From the NCBI GenBank assembly GCA_002269645.1, contig NIVC01004291.1, forward strand, positions 1 to 51,591: a stretch of DNA of 51,591 nucleotides, written 5' to 3'. Below are positions 23,916 through 36,088 of the stretch, one piece after another (the stretch's first letter is position 1; each line of letters starts with the position of its first letter). The notes beneath the pieces are model-generated. The model had not been told where the DNA came from. It did not search any database and saw only the letters and a list, made by a program, of their open reading frames with translations. Source of the stretch: Macrostomum lignano. Taxonomy: Eukaryota. The position numbers and the translations under genes are program-made.

Positions 23916-24060
23916 AGCTTTGCGCAGTGGCAGTACCGTAACCAATGAGGTTTACCCGAGGTGCGGTTATTGCTAGTTGAAAACTATACCCAATACCCCG
24001 CACAGGATGCGTGAAATACCGTAGCCTAGTGCAATATTTGAAGGCTCTTACCACAGAGCC
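23916..24060 (+). ncRNA. U4: U4 spliceosomal snRNA
   Basis: AGCTTTGCGCAGTGGCAGTACCGTAACCAATGAGGTTTACCCGAGGTGCGGTTATTGCTAGTTGAAAACTATACCCAATACCCCG closely follows metazoan U4: U6-pairing stems I and II and the 5' stem-loop/K-turn with compensatory changes. Then a 3' stem-loop, an Sm-like site AATATTTG and a terminal hairpin ggctct/agagcc. Confidence 0.93.
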
Positions 24061-24599
24061 ACTATAAAAAAAAATAAAATATGCTCAGCCGGAGGGGAGT
24101 ACCATACATTCACCTGAAGAAGCTGTGACATTCGGTCACCCCGGCCTGGGAGCTGTGCAAGCAGTCAGTTAAAGGTCTACTGGCTCCGACGAAGTGAGCT
24201 TACTCTCGTGCATGGACATGAGCCCAAGGCTTGTAATTCATGTTCCTGTTATTGAGGCTCAAGACGCAGGGCACGAGGTGTGCGTACGTAGGGGTTAGCG
24301 CCAGCAACATTGGCACGAGTTGTCACCTTGACAAATTATCTCCCAGTCATTTTTCAATGCTTTTATGTACATAACACAAGTTACACAACCTCACAAGTTA
24401 CACAAGTAACACAAGTAGTCAAATACACAAACACAACACAAGTTTGAGACTCGCATGTATTGTTATATATTGTATAATTTGTATTATATCACGGTTCGAG
24501 AATCGAGAGTCACGTCACGACGCGCGAATGTTACTTGTGTAATGTATTTAAAATACGAACATTTTGATATATCCTGGATATCACCGACTTTATCAAAAA

Positions 24600-24685
24600 A
24601 GTTTCCAATCCCGGGATCCCGAGCCCTTAATCCCGGGATTCCGTCAGGCCAAAAAGTGTCCGGGATCCCGGGATTGCAATCCCTA
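24600..24685. mobile_element. Probable single end of a hAT-type non-autonomous element
   Basis: Clustered atcccgggat subterminal motifs ending ...gggattgcaatcccta (TAGGG-type terminus). No partner end or TSD found. Confidence 0.4.
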
Positions 24686-25511
24686 GAAAACTGAAAGTGT
24701 CAAGTGAGTCAGTGATTCATGCGCCTGTGTAGTCACTTCAATTAAATTCAATTCATTAGAACTTTTGTTAACAATTAGAACTTAGAAGTCACGTTTAACA
24801 TTTGCAGGGTCTCAGGCATTTTCATCAATAGGATCTTTTGTACTGAAGGTCTGTCCTACCGTTCGAGGGCCAGTTTCGACTCTTTCGAGTCCGGAAAGAT
24901 GAAATCCGTGAGGTTTTGGCGACTGCTAGTGAGCTGAACTTACCGTCCAGCTCCGGCCCAGACCAGACAGACCAAGCCCCTTCCGTTCCCGTTCAACCAA
25001 CCTTCGCTTTGGGCCCCACCCACCCCACTCCAAAACAGCCACTCGCGCACAGCAGAGGTTGGGCGCCGGCTTGGGGGTTGGTTGAAACCCGGCGAACGCC
25101 CTAAAATTTTCCACCCCCTCCTCTCCCTATCCCTTTTCTCCTCCCCAGCTCTTTACTCGCGCAGTCTTCGCCAGTCGCATTTCAAAATTGCGCCCGTAAA
25201 ATAAAACCAAATTATATGCAGACTGCACTATACTACTTATGTGAGCGAAGTAGATCCCACAAGCTTTTTTTATTTAAAAAGGCAACATAAAAAGTTAACT
25301 TAGCAAATATAAACGCATTAATAGCTATTTTTTATCTTACTTAAGCTTTGAAGTCGTTTTTTCCTGACGATTATATTCCGAAAAGACATTATTGCTTTGT
25401 CTGATATTCTTGCTACTATCCAACTGCCATAAAACCCCCCTTCCACCACCCCAGCTCAGCCCCAGCCCCCCACAAGACAGAAAGCTAAAGCGGCAGCGGT
25501 CTCTGCTCTTC

Positions 25512-28500
25512 ATGCACAGCGCGACTGGGCCCCAGCCAGCCATGCCTACAAACCGAGCGTTTACCGTCGAATCTTTGCCGCAAAATCTGCGCGAACTGCA
25601 GGCCCAGCTGAACTCGGCGATCAGAGCGCATCGGGTAAAATTATTCGGGGCTTGATTTCTGGGTTGGAAGTCTTGTTTAGAATTTATGATTTACGCTTTG
25701 TTGCATTGGATCTGCGCTTTGCCATGCTCAAGCCCGCGTTGCTGCCGGTCATTGGCCAGATTCCTCCCAGAGATCCCGGCACATCAGCAGCACAGCACAG
25801 GGGGCTCCTCCTGACCGACCTCCTCTCTCCTGCTCGATTATTGATTTGCCCATCTAACCAGCTGACTGACCGAAGCGGGCTGTATTTATTAATATATTAT
25901 TAACCCGCGTGTATCAACTACCCTACTAGGCTGCATGGCTTTGTGGGGCCTGGAGACGCTGCTGTGTTCGATGCATAATAAGATTGACGGATGAATGAAC
26001 TGCTGCATTTAGGATTACACTATACCGGATTACAGGAATAGGGTTTGGCATTGCATTCCAGTTCGCCAATTGGCCGAATCAGCAGCTATTGCTTCTGCCT
26101 AGCGGGTGTCCTCACCCTGTCTCATTTGTCTCATCTGTAATTATTAATTATTGCGAACCAGCTTGTCGTATTCTCGTGCCTACATCACATTGCGTAGGCC
26201 TTTAACTGGTGCCTTTATTGCACCTGTCGCGATTGTGAAAATAAGTTGCCTGAGTGATTTATAAATTTCACATTTCAGCGATTTGAGGCACAGGGGCACT
26301 GACTGGCCAATTGAGGCACTGAGGGCACAGGGGCACTGACTGTCAGTTGAGGCACTGATGGCACAGGGGCACTGACTTGCCAATTGAGGCACTGAGGGCA
26401 CAGGGGCACTGACTGTCAGTTGAGACACTGAGGGCACAGGGGCACTGACTGTCAGTTGAGACACTGAGGGCACAGGGGCACTGACTTGCCAATTGAGGCA
26501 CTGAGGGCACAGGGGCACTGACTTGCCAATTGAGGCACTGAGGGCACAGGGGCACTGACTTGCCAATTGAGGCACTGAGGGCACAGGGGCACTGACTGCC
26601 AATTGAGGCACTGAGGGCACAGGGGCACTGACTGCCAATTGAGGCACTGAGGGCACAGGGGCACTGACTTGCCAATTGAGGCACTAAGGGCACAGGGGCA
26701 CTGACTTGCCAATTGAGGCACTGAGGGCACAGGGGCACTGACTGTCAGTTGAGGCACTGAGGGCACAGGGGCACTGACTGCCAATTGAGGCACTGAGGGC
26801 ACAGGGGCACTGACTGCCAATTGAGGCACTGAGGGCACAGGGGCACTGACTGTCAGTTGAGGCACTGAGGGCACAGGGGCACTGACTGCCAATTGAGGCA
26901 CTGAGGGCACAGGGGCACTGACTTGCCAATTGAGGCACTGAGGGCACAGGGGCACTGACTGTCAGTTGAGACACTGAGGGCACAGTGGCACTGACTTGCC
27001 AATTGAGGCACTGAGGGCACAGGGGCACTGACTGTCAGTTGAGACACTGAGGGCACAGGGGCACTGACTGCCAATTAAGGCACTGAGGGCACAGGGGCAC
27101 TGACTGCCAATTGAGGCACTGAGGGCACAGGGGCACTGACTGCCAATTGAGGCACTGAGGGCAGGCCACAGCTACAGGGTCAATCCACTGTCAGCAATGC
27201 AAATATTCTCCCACCGATGCAGTCAATCAGCAAATTCCAATGAATCCCTAGCCAGCTAATGAAGTCCATTATCGCGCCATTGCAGAACCTTGTTGGCCGA
27301 GTCAACCTGTGCCCCAACGACAGGAGTTTAATCGCCAGGGCCCAGGCTGCCGAGCGGCTAATTGGCCGAATTCACAAGGAGCAAGTGAGCTCTGGCTGAG
27401 CTTCTACCCGGTTTGGTCTCAGTCATTTCTGCCATGTCATATTATTAATTAGTAATGTTTGCTGAATTCCAGAAACCGCTGCTTGAACGATTCAAACGCG
27501 ACTGCCGATTGCTGGCAGCTCGCTCTGCCGAGGCTAAAAAGAATTTTCGAGTCGGCGCCAAGGTGACAAAACTGGTCTAAGTTATTTATTCTAATTAGAA
27601 GTCAATCAAAATCCATAAAATCACTGTGCTTTCTCAATTAGGAGTTTATCTCATTCAACTTGGTCTTCCGTGTCTCTCCCCATCTCTCCCGTCTCTCCTG
27701 TCTCTCCTATCTCTCCCCGTTTCTCCCATCTCAACCCATCTCTCCCCATCTCTCCCGTCTCCCATCTCCCCCCATCACTCCCATCTCACCCATCTCTCCC
27801 TATCTCTCCGATCTCTCCCGATCTCTTCCATCTCTCCCCATCTCTCCCCGTCTCTCCCCATCTCTCCCATCTTTCCCCATCTCACCCGTCTCTCCCCATC
27901 TCACTCATTCCATACATAACCCCTAATCCAGCAGATTGCAGCAACAATTGACGAACTGCTAGAAGACCGAGTCAGGCATCATTTCTGCCCGAGCACCCTG
28001 GAGAAATGGACCGGCTCAACTGCTTGCCTCAGCCCGGAGAAGAAGCGGGTGAGTAACCGCCTCTGAGTGCAGACCTGCGGTTCGCTGTTTTACAGCTGCC
28101 CCTGGTGTGGGTGCCGCCACCCCCAGTCTTCAGGTGTGAGTGCCGCCACCCCCGAGTCTTCAGGTGTGGGTGCCGCCACTCCTGAGTCTTCAGGTGTGGG
28201 TGCCGCCACCCCCATTTTCAGGTGTGGGTGCCGCCCCACAATTCTTCAGGTGCGGGTGCCGCCATCCTAATTCTTCAGGTGTGGGTGCCGCCATCCAAAT
28301 TCTTCAGGTGTGGGTGCCGCCATCCTAATTCTTCAGGTGTGGGTCGCGGCACCCCTCACTCTTTAGGTGTGGGTCGCGGCACCCCTTACTCTTCAAGTGT
28401 GGGTCGCACCCACATCTGATGATGATGAGTAGTTGCTAAAAACTTGAGTACGTCCATTTAAAATGTAAATTGCACACTTTCACTGCATGGTTAACGCTCT

Positions 28501-31154
28501 GTTCTTGAACTAAAACGAGTGAAAACAAAAAAATTCAATCCTGCAGAAAGTCAACTTTCTGGCCTGCTTCGATTTGATCGCACCCAGAGTTCGAGACGGT
28601 GAGTTGCTCGTTGATATAAATCTGTTCTGGCGCACACTTGCTATTCGTAAATAGTGCTCAGTTCAGGTAGTGTAGAGTGCTCAGTTCAGGTAGTGTAGAG
28701 TGCTCAGTTCAGGTAGTGTAGAGTGCTCAGTTCAGGTAGTGTAGAGTGCTCAGTTCAGGTAGTGTAGAGTGCTCAGTTCAGGTAGTGTAGAGTGCTCAGT
28801 TCAGGTAGTGTAGAGTGCTCAGTTCAGATAGTGTAGAGTGCTCAGTTCAGGTAGTGTAGAGTGCTCAGTTCAGGTAGTGTAGAGTGCTCAGTTCAGGTAG
28901 TGTAGAGTGCTCAATTCTCAGATATTATGCATGCGGCATATGTATCAAGTCGTAAAATTCCCGTTATTAAAAAATCGCGCTCTTAACGCAACGACAGGCT
29001 ATTTTTGTCCCGTGTTTCCAAAGGACTTTTTGTTTCAAATTGGATTTTAGATCAATATTTTAGTTTATGGGAAGATCTACGTGACTTTGACTACTTAAAC
29101 CATCATCGAATAAATCTTTCCCAATCATTCCGAGAATCTCCTCAGATCAGCCCAATAATCTTCCCTATATCATCCCGAGAACCTCCCCAGATCAGTCCCA
29201 TAATCATCCGTAAATCATCCCGAGAACCCCAGATCAGTCCAATAATCATCCCTAAATCATCCCGAGAACCCCAGATCAGTCCAATAATCATCCCTAAATC
29301 ATTCCGAGAATCTCCCCAGATTAGTCCAATAATCATCCCTAAATCATCCCGAGAACCTCCCCAGATCAGTCCAATAATCATCCCGAGAATCTCCCCAGAT
29401 CAGTCCAATAATCATCCCTAAATCATCCCGAGAACCTCCCCAGATCAGTCCAATAATCATCCCTAAATCATCCCGAGAATCTCCCCAGATCAGTACAATA
29501 ATCATCCCAATAATCATCCCGAGAACCTCCCCAGATCAGTCCAATAATCATCCCAATAATCATCCCGAGAACCTCCCCAGATCAGTCCAATAATCATCCC
29601 TAAATCATCCCGAGAATCTCCCCAGATTAGTCCAATAATCATCCCTAAATCATCCCGAGAACCTCCCCAGATCAGTCCAATAATCATCCCGAGAATCTCC
29701 CCAGATCAGTCCAATAATCATCCCTAAATCATCCCGAGAACCTCCCCAGATCAGTCCAATAATCATCCCTAAATCATCCCGAGAATCTCCCCAGATTAGT
29801 CCAATAATCATCCCTAAATCATCCCGAGAACCTCCCCAGATCAGTCCAATAATCATCCCTAAATCATCCCGAGAATCTCCCCAGTCCCCAGATTAGTCCA
29901 ATAATCATCCCTAAATCATCCCGAGAATCTCCCCAGATCAGCCCAATAATCATCCCGAGAATCTCCCCAGATCAGTCCAATAATCGTCCTTAAATCAAAT
30001 CTAGAATCTCCCCCAGATCAGCCCAGTTATCTTTTCTATCGTACCTTAAAAATCTTAACTTTTAGTTGCTATCAAGAGCATCTCGAGTGTTCCGAGATTC
30101 TTCCTCGAACATTCCATTGAACCTGACAACTTTCCGTATTGTTGAGTCCAGAGAATTATTTTAGAATTCATGAAGGTCTTGAAACTACCACTAGAACTTT
30201 CCAAAACGACAAAACGTACTTTATCTCGGCTTCGCAGATGTGGTAGACGCCAAGTCCAGTCCTCGCCGTCGCAAACAGCTGGTGAATCCTGACTTTCCGC
30301 TTGTATCGTCGACGACCTCGGCGACTGCGACTACGGCTTCGACTGCGGTTGCAGCTGCTACCCCTGTCACTGCGACGATTTCTGCCAAGCCTCAGCTTCA
30401 GCAACAGCAGCAGCCGGCGCCCTCGGCCGGCCATTCTAATGGTCTCGTTGCCACTGGCAACGGAGCTGGAATTCTGACTCGATCATCTCGTCGGGCTTGT
30501 CGCTTCGAGGAAAAGCCGTCATTTAGTCTTTTACAACAACAACAGCAGCAGCAGCAGCAACAGAAGCGAAAGCCTCAATTCTGCTGCGCCAAGTGTCACC
30601 AGTTAATGCCAAATCGACCCGTTCGGGCACCGTTGTCGTCGGTGGCAACAATTGGCCAAGCAGCGTCTGCTGCGCCCGCCAGTTCTTGGTGTCCAACCTG
30701 CATTGCTTCTTGCGCTGCAACCGCTGACATCGCCATCGGCCTGCCGTGCTGTCCGCCATCGACCCCGGCTAGTAGCGGCAGTGGTGAGTCATGGGCCGAA
30801 CTCTTATCAGTTTTCTGATTGTTGTAATGAGGTTACCCACATTATTTCTTATCGATCGCTTTATGTAGATGTACATTGGTTTACCCACCTCACTCCATTT
30901 TTTATCGATCGCAAGGTCTACAGTGACTAAACCCACCAATTTGCGCAGGAAATCAGTCAACTGGTTCGACAACAAGCGACAAGTCACCGAAGCAGGATCC
31001 CAATGAATCATTTGAGTTCATTCTGCCCTTGGGCCGAATTCGACGGTCTGAAAAGAACTTGCGACTTGAGAGCCTGTTAAGTAAACTAAGCCGGAATAAT
31101 AGTCACAATAGCGACAACAACAAAGACGGTGTAAGCCGCATTAACGGCCAGTGA
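25512..31154 (+). CDS. Uncharacterised multi-exon protein (helical N-terminal part, Ser/Thr/Ala- and poly-Gln-rich region, CxxC...CxxC)
   Basis: Phase-compatible exons 27473-27562, 27935-28048, 28547-28598, 30238-30783 and 30949-31154 (stop TGA 31152-54). Exon about 27165-27384 needs a 1-bp correction at 27246-48. The 5' exon 25512-25634 is tentative. No family recognised. Confidence 0.65.
26286..27163. repeat. Intronic minisatellite, 36/37-bp unit (gaggcactgagggcacaggggcactgac[t]tgccaatt)
   Basis: About 24 tandem copies. Confidence 0.95.
27672..27903. repeat. Pyrimidine-rich low-complexity repeat (atctctccc-type)
   Basis: Inside intron 27563-27934. Confidence 0.8.
28103..28395. repeat. Intronic minisatellite, about 30-bp unit (cttcaggtgtgggtgccgcc...)
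   Basis: About 10 diverging copies. Confidence 0.85.
28654..28913. repeat. Intronic minisatellite, 23-bp unit (gtgctcagttcaggtagtgtaga), about 11 near-perfect copies
   Basis: Head-to-tail copies with no spacers. Confidence 0.95.
29115..30025. repeat. Intronic minisatellite, variable unit of about 42-45 bp (ccccagatcagtccaataatcatccctaaatcatcccgagaa..)
   Basis: Tandem copies in intron 28599-30237. Confidence 0.9.
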
Positions 31155-31281
31155 TCCGTTCGGTTTTGAGTGCATCAAATACTGAAACGCTTTGGTTTAC
31201 TACCCAGTGTCGACTTGGCAATCCAGACAATATATTTGACATTTGTTGTACCTGTTGTATTTGTTAGTTTAAATTCAATGC

Positions 31282-31538
31282 ACCCACCCCACTCGGGCCG
31301 CCCGTCTGAAACTATCGATCACCCAGTCTGCACTCGCGCAACACACCCACCCCACTCCGGCCGCCCTCCCGCCTGAAATTATCGATCGCCTAGTCTGCAC
31401 TCGCGCAACACACCCACCCCACTCCGGCCGCCCTCCCGCCTGAAATTATCCATCGCCCAGTCTGCACTCGTGCAACACATCCACCCCACTCCGGCCGCCC
31501 GCCCGAAATTATCGATCGCCCAGTCTGCACTCGCGCAA
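31282..31538. repeat. Tandem repeat of about 65 bp, about 4 copies
   Basis: cccaccccactccggccgcc...gaaattatcgatcgcccagtctgcactcgcgcaaca repeated. Confidence 0.85.
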
Positions 31539-32174
31539 ACAACCACCTCAAACTGAGTCACTATGTGTAATTTTTAGCAAAACTTCCCAAACCATTAGCG
31601 GATTGTGTTTCAGTCTGTTTTTCTTAAACTATAATAATTTATTAAACTTTACCAATTTGCTGGATTCATAACCAGAGATCCTTTCCTTTTAGTTTCTTGT
31701 ATTCAAGCAAGGCAACCCACATTCGACGCGTGTACCCTCTATACATGCTGTATCTTGGCAGTTGAATTTGACGAAACTACCATTAATATTTAAATGCAAT
31801 TGTCTTTCAATCAATGCACACTGCTACTCCATTTCTTCATTCACTGATTTCATCTTCAAGCGTGAGCAATCAGAAGTCCCTAGTGCTGCTTATTTTCCAA
31901 CTCCTGGACTTAATTTGACTTTAATTCTGACACCATACATGGATGCTAGCTCAGCTAATTTTTTTATTACGAAAATAGTCGGTTTGTTGTACATTTTATT
32001 TCATACGTAATTCTCTGCTAACGTTTATCTTCTGTTGCACTAAATATACGCTCGTAATTAATATTGCGTGTTCATTCTGTTCATACAGTGCTATACTCGT
32101 AGTTATATTGTTGATGAAAAATTGTTCAAATAAAACTCACTTCTTGGCTTTGTCTTATTGACTCCATACCTTCT

Positions 32175-33207
32175 CACTCCCGATGCTTCAGTGACCTGCC
32201 GCATTTTCATTCCCGATGCTTCAGTGACCTGCCACATTTTCATTCCCGATGCTTCAGTGATCTGCCGCATTTTCATTCCCGATGCTTCAGTGACCTGCCA
32301 CATTTTCATTCCCGATGCTTCAGTGATCTGCCGCATTTTCATTCCCGATGCTTCAGTGACCTGCCACATTTTCATTCCCGATGCTTCAGTGATCTGCCGC
32401 ATTTTCATTCCCGATGCTTCAGTGACCTGCCACATTTTCATTCCCGATGCTTCAGTGATCTGCCGCATTTTCATTCCCGATGCTTCAGTGACCTGCCACA
32501 TTTTCATTCCCGATGCTTCAGTGATCTGCCGCATTTTCATTCCCGATGCTTCAGTGACCTGCCGCTATCTCACTCCAGATGCTTCAGTGACCTGCCGCAT
32601 TTTCATTCCCGATGCTTCAGTGACCTGCCACATTTTCATTCCCGATGCTTCAGTGATCTGCCGCATTTTCATTCCCGATGCTTCAGTGATCTGCCGCATT
32701 TTCATTCCCGATGCTTCAGTGACCTGCCACATTTTCATTCCCGATGCTTCAGTGATCTGCCGCATTTTCATTCCCGATGCTTCAGTGACCTGCCGCTATC
32801 TCACTCCAGATGCTTCAGTGACCTGCCGCATTTTCATTCCCGATGCTTCAGTGATCTGCCGCATTTTCATTCCCGATGCTTCAGTGACCTGCCGCTATCT
32901 CACTCCAGATGCTTCAGTGACCTGCCGCATTTTCATTCCCGATGCTTCAGTGACCTGTCGCTATCTCACTCCAGATGCTTCAGTGACCTGCCGCTCTCTC
33001 CCGATGCTTCAGTGACCTGCCGCTCGCTCATCCCCGATGCTTCAGTGACCTGTCGCTCTCTCCTGATGCTCCAGCGATCTGCCGCCCTATCACCCCCGAT
33101 GCTTCAATGACCCGCTATCTCATCCCCGATGCTTCAGTGACCTGCCACATTTTCATTCCTAATGCTTCAGTGACCTGCCGCCCTTTCACTCCCGATGCTT
33201 CAGTGAC
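32175..33207. repeat. 33-bp minisatellite (cccgatgcttcagtgacctgccgcattttcatt) with alternating variants
   Basis: About 30 copies. This is the source of the IPDASVTCRIF repeat ORF. Confidence 0.95.
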
Positions 33208-34351
33208 CACCCCTAATCCATAGTCTTTCGGTGACCACTTCCCCAATCAATAAGGCAATCATTCATTCTTAAATGACCCGATGGAGTTCACTGTCGCCGT
33301 GGAATGAATTTTGAATGTTGGTTGAATTTAAGCATGTAAGTAGATGAAAATCTGGGTATATGTTATGTCATTCCATACAGACAGATCCGCATAGTCCCCT
33401 TGTATTCCGTGCAAAGGACAGTTATGAGGTTTGCCGTGCGGCAAGTGCGTGTGGCATGGGCCATGCAGGCCTTGGCGCTTGTGTGTAAGGAAAAGACGAA
33501 AGTAAGAATTTAGCCAGGGCCGCCCAGACTAAGGGGCCTGAGAGGAGAGATAGAATTGGCGCGTGTAAATTCTGTCAGCCAATGGGAGGCGCACAATCTG
33601 CCCCCTCCCGCTCCGATTTGTTTAAGGCCGCCAGAATCACGCGGGTGAGGAAAGGAAGCGGGGTGAGTAAAGGCTGAAACCCCGTGGGTAAGGTATGTAC
33701 ACTTCCTTTCCTATGTACATTCCAGTCCAACCCCATCTCCGAACACTTGCTTGTTCTGTAGATAAAGGCAGAAAAATTAGTTCCCGTCAACAGGCTGCTT
33801 ATCATGCTACTATATAGTAACTACATGAAGATTTGTCTGCGATTCCTGCTGCTTTTTACTTTTTTGTTTGAACGCCTAGCCTAAAGCCCAGCAAACAAAT
33901 AGGGCAACAGTAACAAGTCATTACGAGTAGTCAAAGCCAAATACAACGAAAATTATAATAGTGATCTATTTTATTTCTATTTCGATTCTATTTATAAATC
34001 AAATCAAATTATTTAATTGATAATATGAAAAGTTTATTAATTAGGGCAGTAGCCTTAAGTAAGCTAGTAAAGCTACGCTACACTAGCTATTCTAGTAGCC
34101 AGTAGCCTATATGCAGTAGCTAGTAAGCAACAACTACAACAGACTACAACACGTCACAAGTACGAAAAGCAAAAAACTCCGTGTCTGTCAGTCGTCAGTG
34201 AGCCTGAGGCCTGAGCCAGTTTTAACTTCTTTAAGGTTTTTAAAAAATAAAATAAGACAAAAATGTTAACCAGGGAATTAATTTCTACTATATCCCTACA
34301 TCGGTCTTTCCTTTTATATTGGGTGTTTTATAATAGGTAGGAAAAATTTGT

Positions 34352-34358
34352 AAAAAAA
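34352..34358 (-). terminator. Pol III oligo-T terminator of tRNA-Asp
   Basis: T7 run a few nt downstream of the tRNA 3' end on the minus strand. Confidence 0.8.
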
Positions 34359-34361
34359 TTC

Positions 34362-34433
34362 CTCCCCGACCGGGAATCGAACCCGGGCCTTCCACGTGAC
34401 AGGCGGAGATACTGACCACTATACTATCGAGGA
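34362..34433 (-). tRNA. trnD-GTC: tRNA-Asp (GTC)
   Basis: Reverse complement TCCTCGATAGTATAGTGGTCAGTATCTCCGCCTGTCACGTGGAAGGCCCGGGTTCGATTCCCGGTCGGGGAG folds as a 72-nt cloverleaf with GTC anticodon, G discriminator and intact A and B boxes. Confidence 0.97.
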
Positions 34434-35435
34434 GTCGGTTTAAGCACTTCCGCAATGCGTTTTTGACGTCCATTTGAGTTTGGTTTGCCTCTTGTTTGCT
34501 TGACTAGGCAGGCCTAGGTAGGCAGCTGCAGCTGGTAGTGGTAGCTAGAGGTTGCACCGTTGCAGAGAGTTACGATTTGACTGGACCCAGAGTTATTAAA
34601 TAATAATGGATCATGGAATTATTCTGTACTGTTAAATTACTTAGTACTATTATAAATTATTACGTAAAAACGAATAAGGAGCTTATGGTAATTAATTGCA
34701 TCCAGAATTTTTCTTGGATCAGCTGACCCTATTTGCGTTTTGATCTTAATCAACCTCCCTTCTTAGGACTTAGCTTTGCTTAACAAAACTACAAGTGAAT
34801 CAGCAAGGCTACAAGTGAATTAAATATTAAATTAACTAACTGGTCCATTTGGCTTATGTGGCTTAATACTCGTAAGGTCAAGGATACGAAAATCTTAATT
34901 TGTCTTTAGCTTTTAGGCAGAAATTTATTCTTCAAACTGCGAGAAATTTAACAATAGGCATGGCTGAACATACTACTTAAAAACGAGTTATACGTAGAAT
35001 TTAACAAGATTACCAAGATCTGCTTTTGCTTTCATACTGGATAAATATACTAGCACTCCAGCCATAACTACCATTCGATTTACTTTGAGATAAGGCAAGG
35101 CCAACTGCTGCATTAAAGCCATTTTAAAGCTGCTTGTTAATTACAGATTCATCAGCTTTTTACAAACAATAACAGGTCCAAACAGCCCAGCTATTAGGCA
35201 TCATCTATAATTTGATGCACTAAAATTCTTCAAGCCTTTATATTCAACTGCTATAAGAATCGACACTGCCGAAATAAATTGTAAGGCTCGAAGTTCAGTA
35301 ATACTTGACACTCGAAATTGAAAATTAAAGTTTAGTTTCTCTGGACAACGGTAAAAAAATTGACGGAAGATTTGTGTGCACTCCCGGCTTAGTAATATTT
35401 GTAATTTTGTACAGAGGTGCTTGAATGAGCCATCA

Positions 35436-36069
35436 ATGGTGCTGGAGTGCTATAATAGGTCAGGACTGGTGCTGGAGTGCTAGAATGGGTCAGGACTGGT
35501 GCTGGAGTGCTAGAATGGGTCAGGACTGGTGCTGGAGTGCTATAATAGGTCAGGACTGGTGCTGGAGTGCTAGAATGGGTCAGGACTGGTGCTGGAGTGC
35601 TATAATAGGTCAGGACTGGTGCTGGAGTGCTAGAATGGGTCAGGACTGGTGCTGGAGTGCTATAATAGGTCAGGACTGGTGCTGGAGTGCTAGAATGGGT
35701 CAGGACTGGTGCTGGAGTGCTAGAATGGGTCAGGACTGGTGCTGGAGTGCTAGTAGGTCAGGACTGGTGCTGGAGTGCTAGAATGGGTCAGGACTGGTGC
35801 TGGAGTGCTATAATAGGTCAGGACTGGTGCTGGAGTGCTAGAATGGGTCAGGACTGGTGCTGGAGTGCTAGAATGGGTCAGGACTGGTGCTGGAGTGCTA
35901 GAATGGGTCAGGACTGGTGCTGGAGTGCTAGAATGGGTCAGGACTGGTGCTGGAGTGCTATAATAGGTCAGGACTGGTGCTGGAGTGCTAGAATGGGTCA
36001 GGACTGGTGCTGGAGTGCTAGAATGGGTCAGGACTGGTGCTGGAGTGCTAGAATGGGTCAGGACTGGTT
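35436..36069. repeat. 30-bp minisatellite (ggtcaggactggtgctggagtgctagaatg)
   Basis: About 21 copies starting 20 nt past the stop codon of the minus-strand lectin receptor. Confidence 0.95.
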
Positions 36070-36088
36070 CTGGGAGTTCTGCTGGAAG

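Noticed and set aside
24070-24360. Possible small minus-strand spliced ORF downstream of U4
   Set aside because: Splice-like sites exist, but there is no consistent frame, start or recognisable product.
25040-25105. HDV-like ribozyme look-alike (ggcgccggcttggg...ggcgaac)
   Set aside because: Could not build the P1, P1.1 and P3 pairings or the L3 consensus.
25700-26110. Additional 5' exons of the orphan gene
   Set aside because: Several AG/GT candidates, but no unique phase-consistent path could be chosen without transcripts.
28654-28913. CRISPR-like regular 23-bp repeats (also the 30-37 bp arrays elsewhere)
   Set aside because: Units are head-to-tail with no unique spacers, there are no cas genes and the context is spliceosomal introns.
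33361-33792. Possible solo LTR (tgtt...aaca ends, promoter-like interior)
   Set aside because: No matching 4-6 bp target-site duplication and no second LTR or internal domain in the window.
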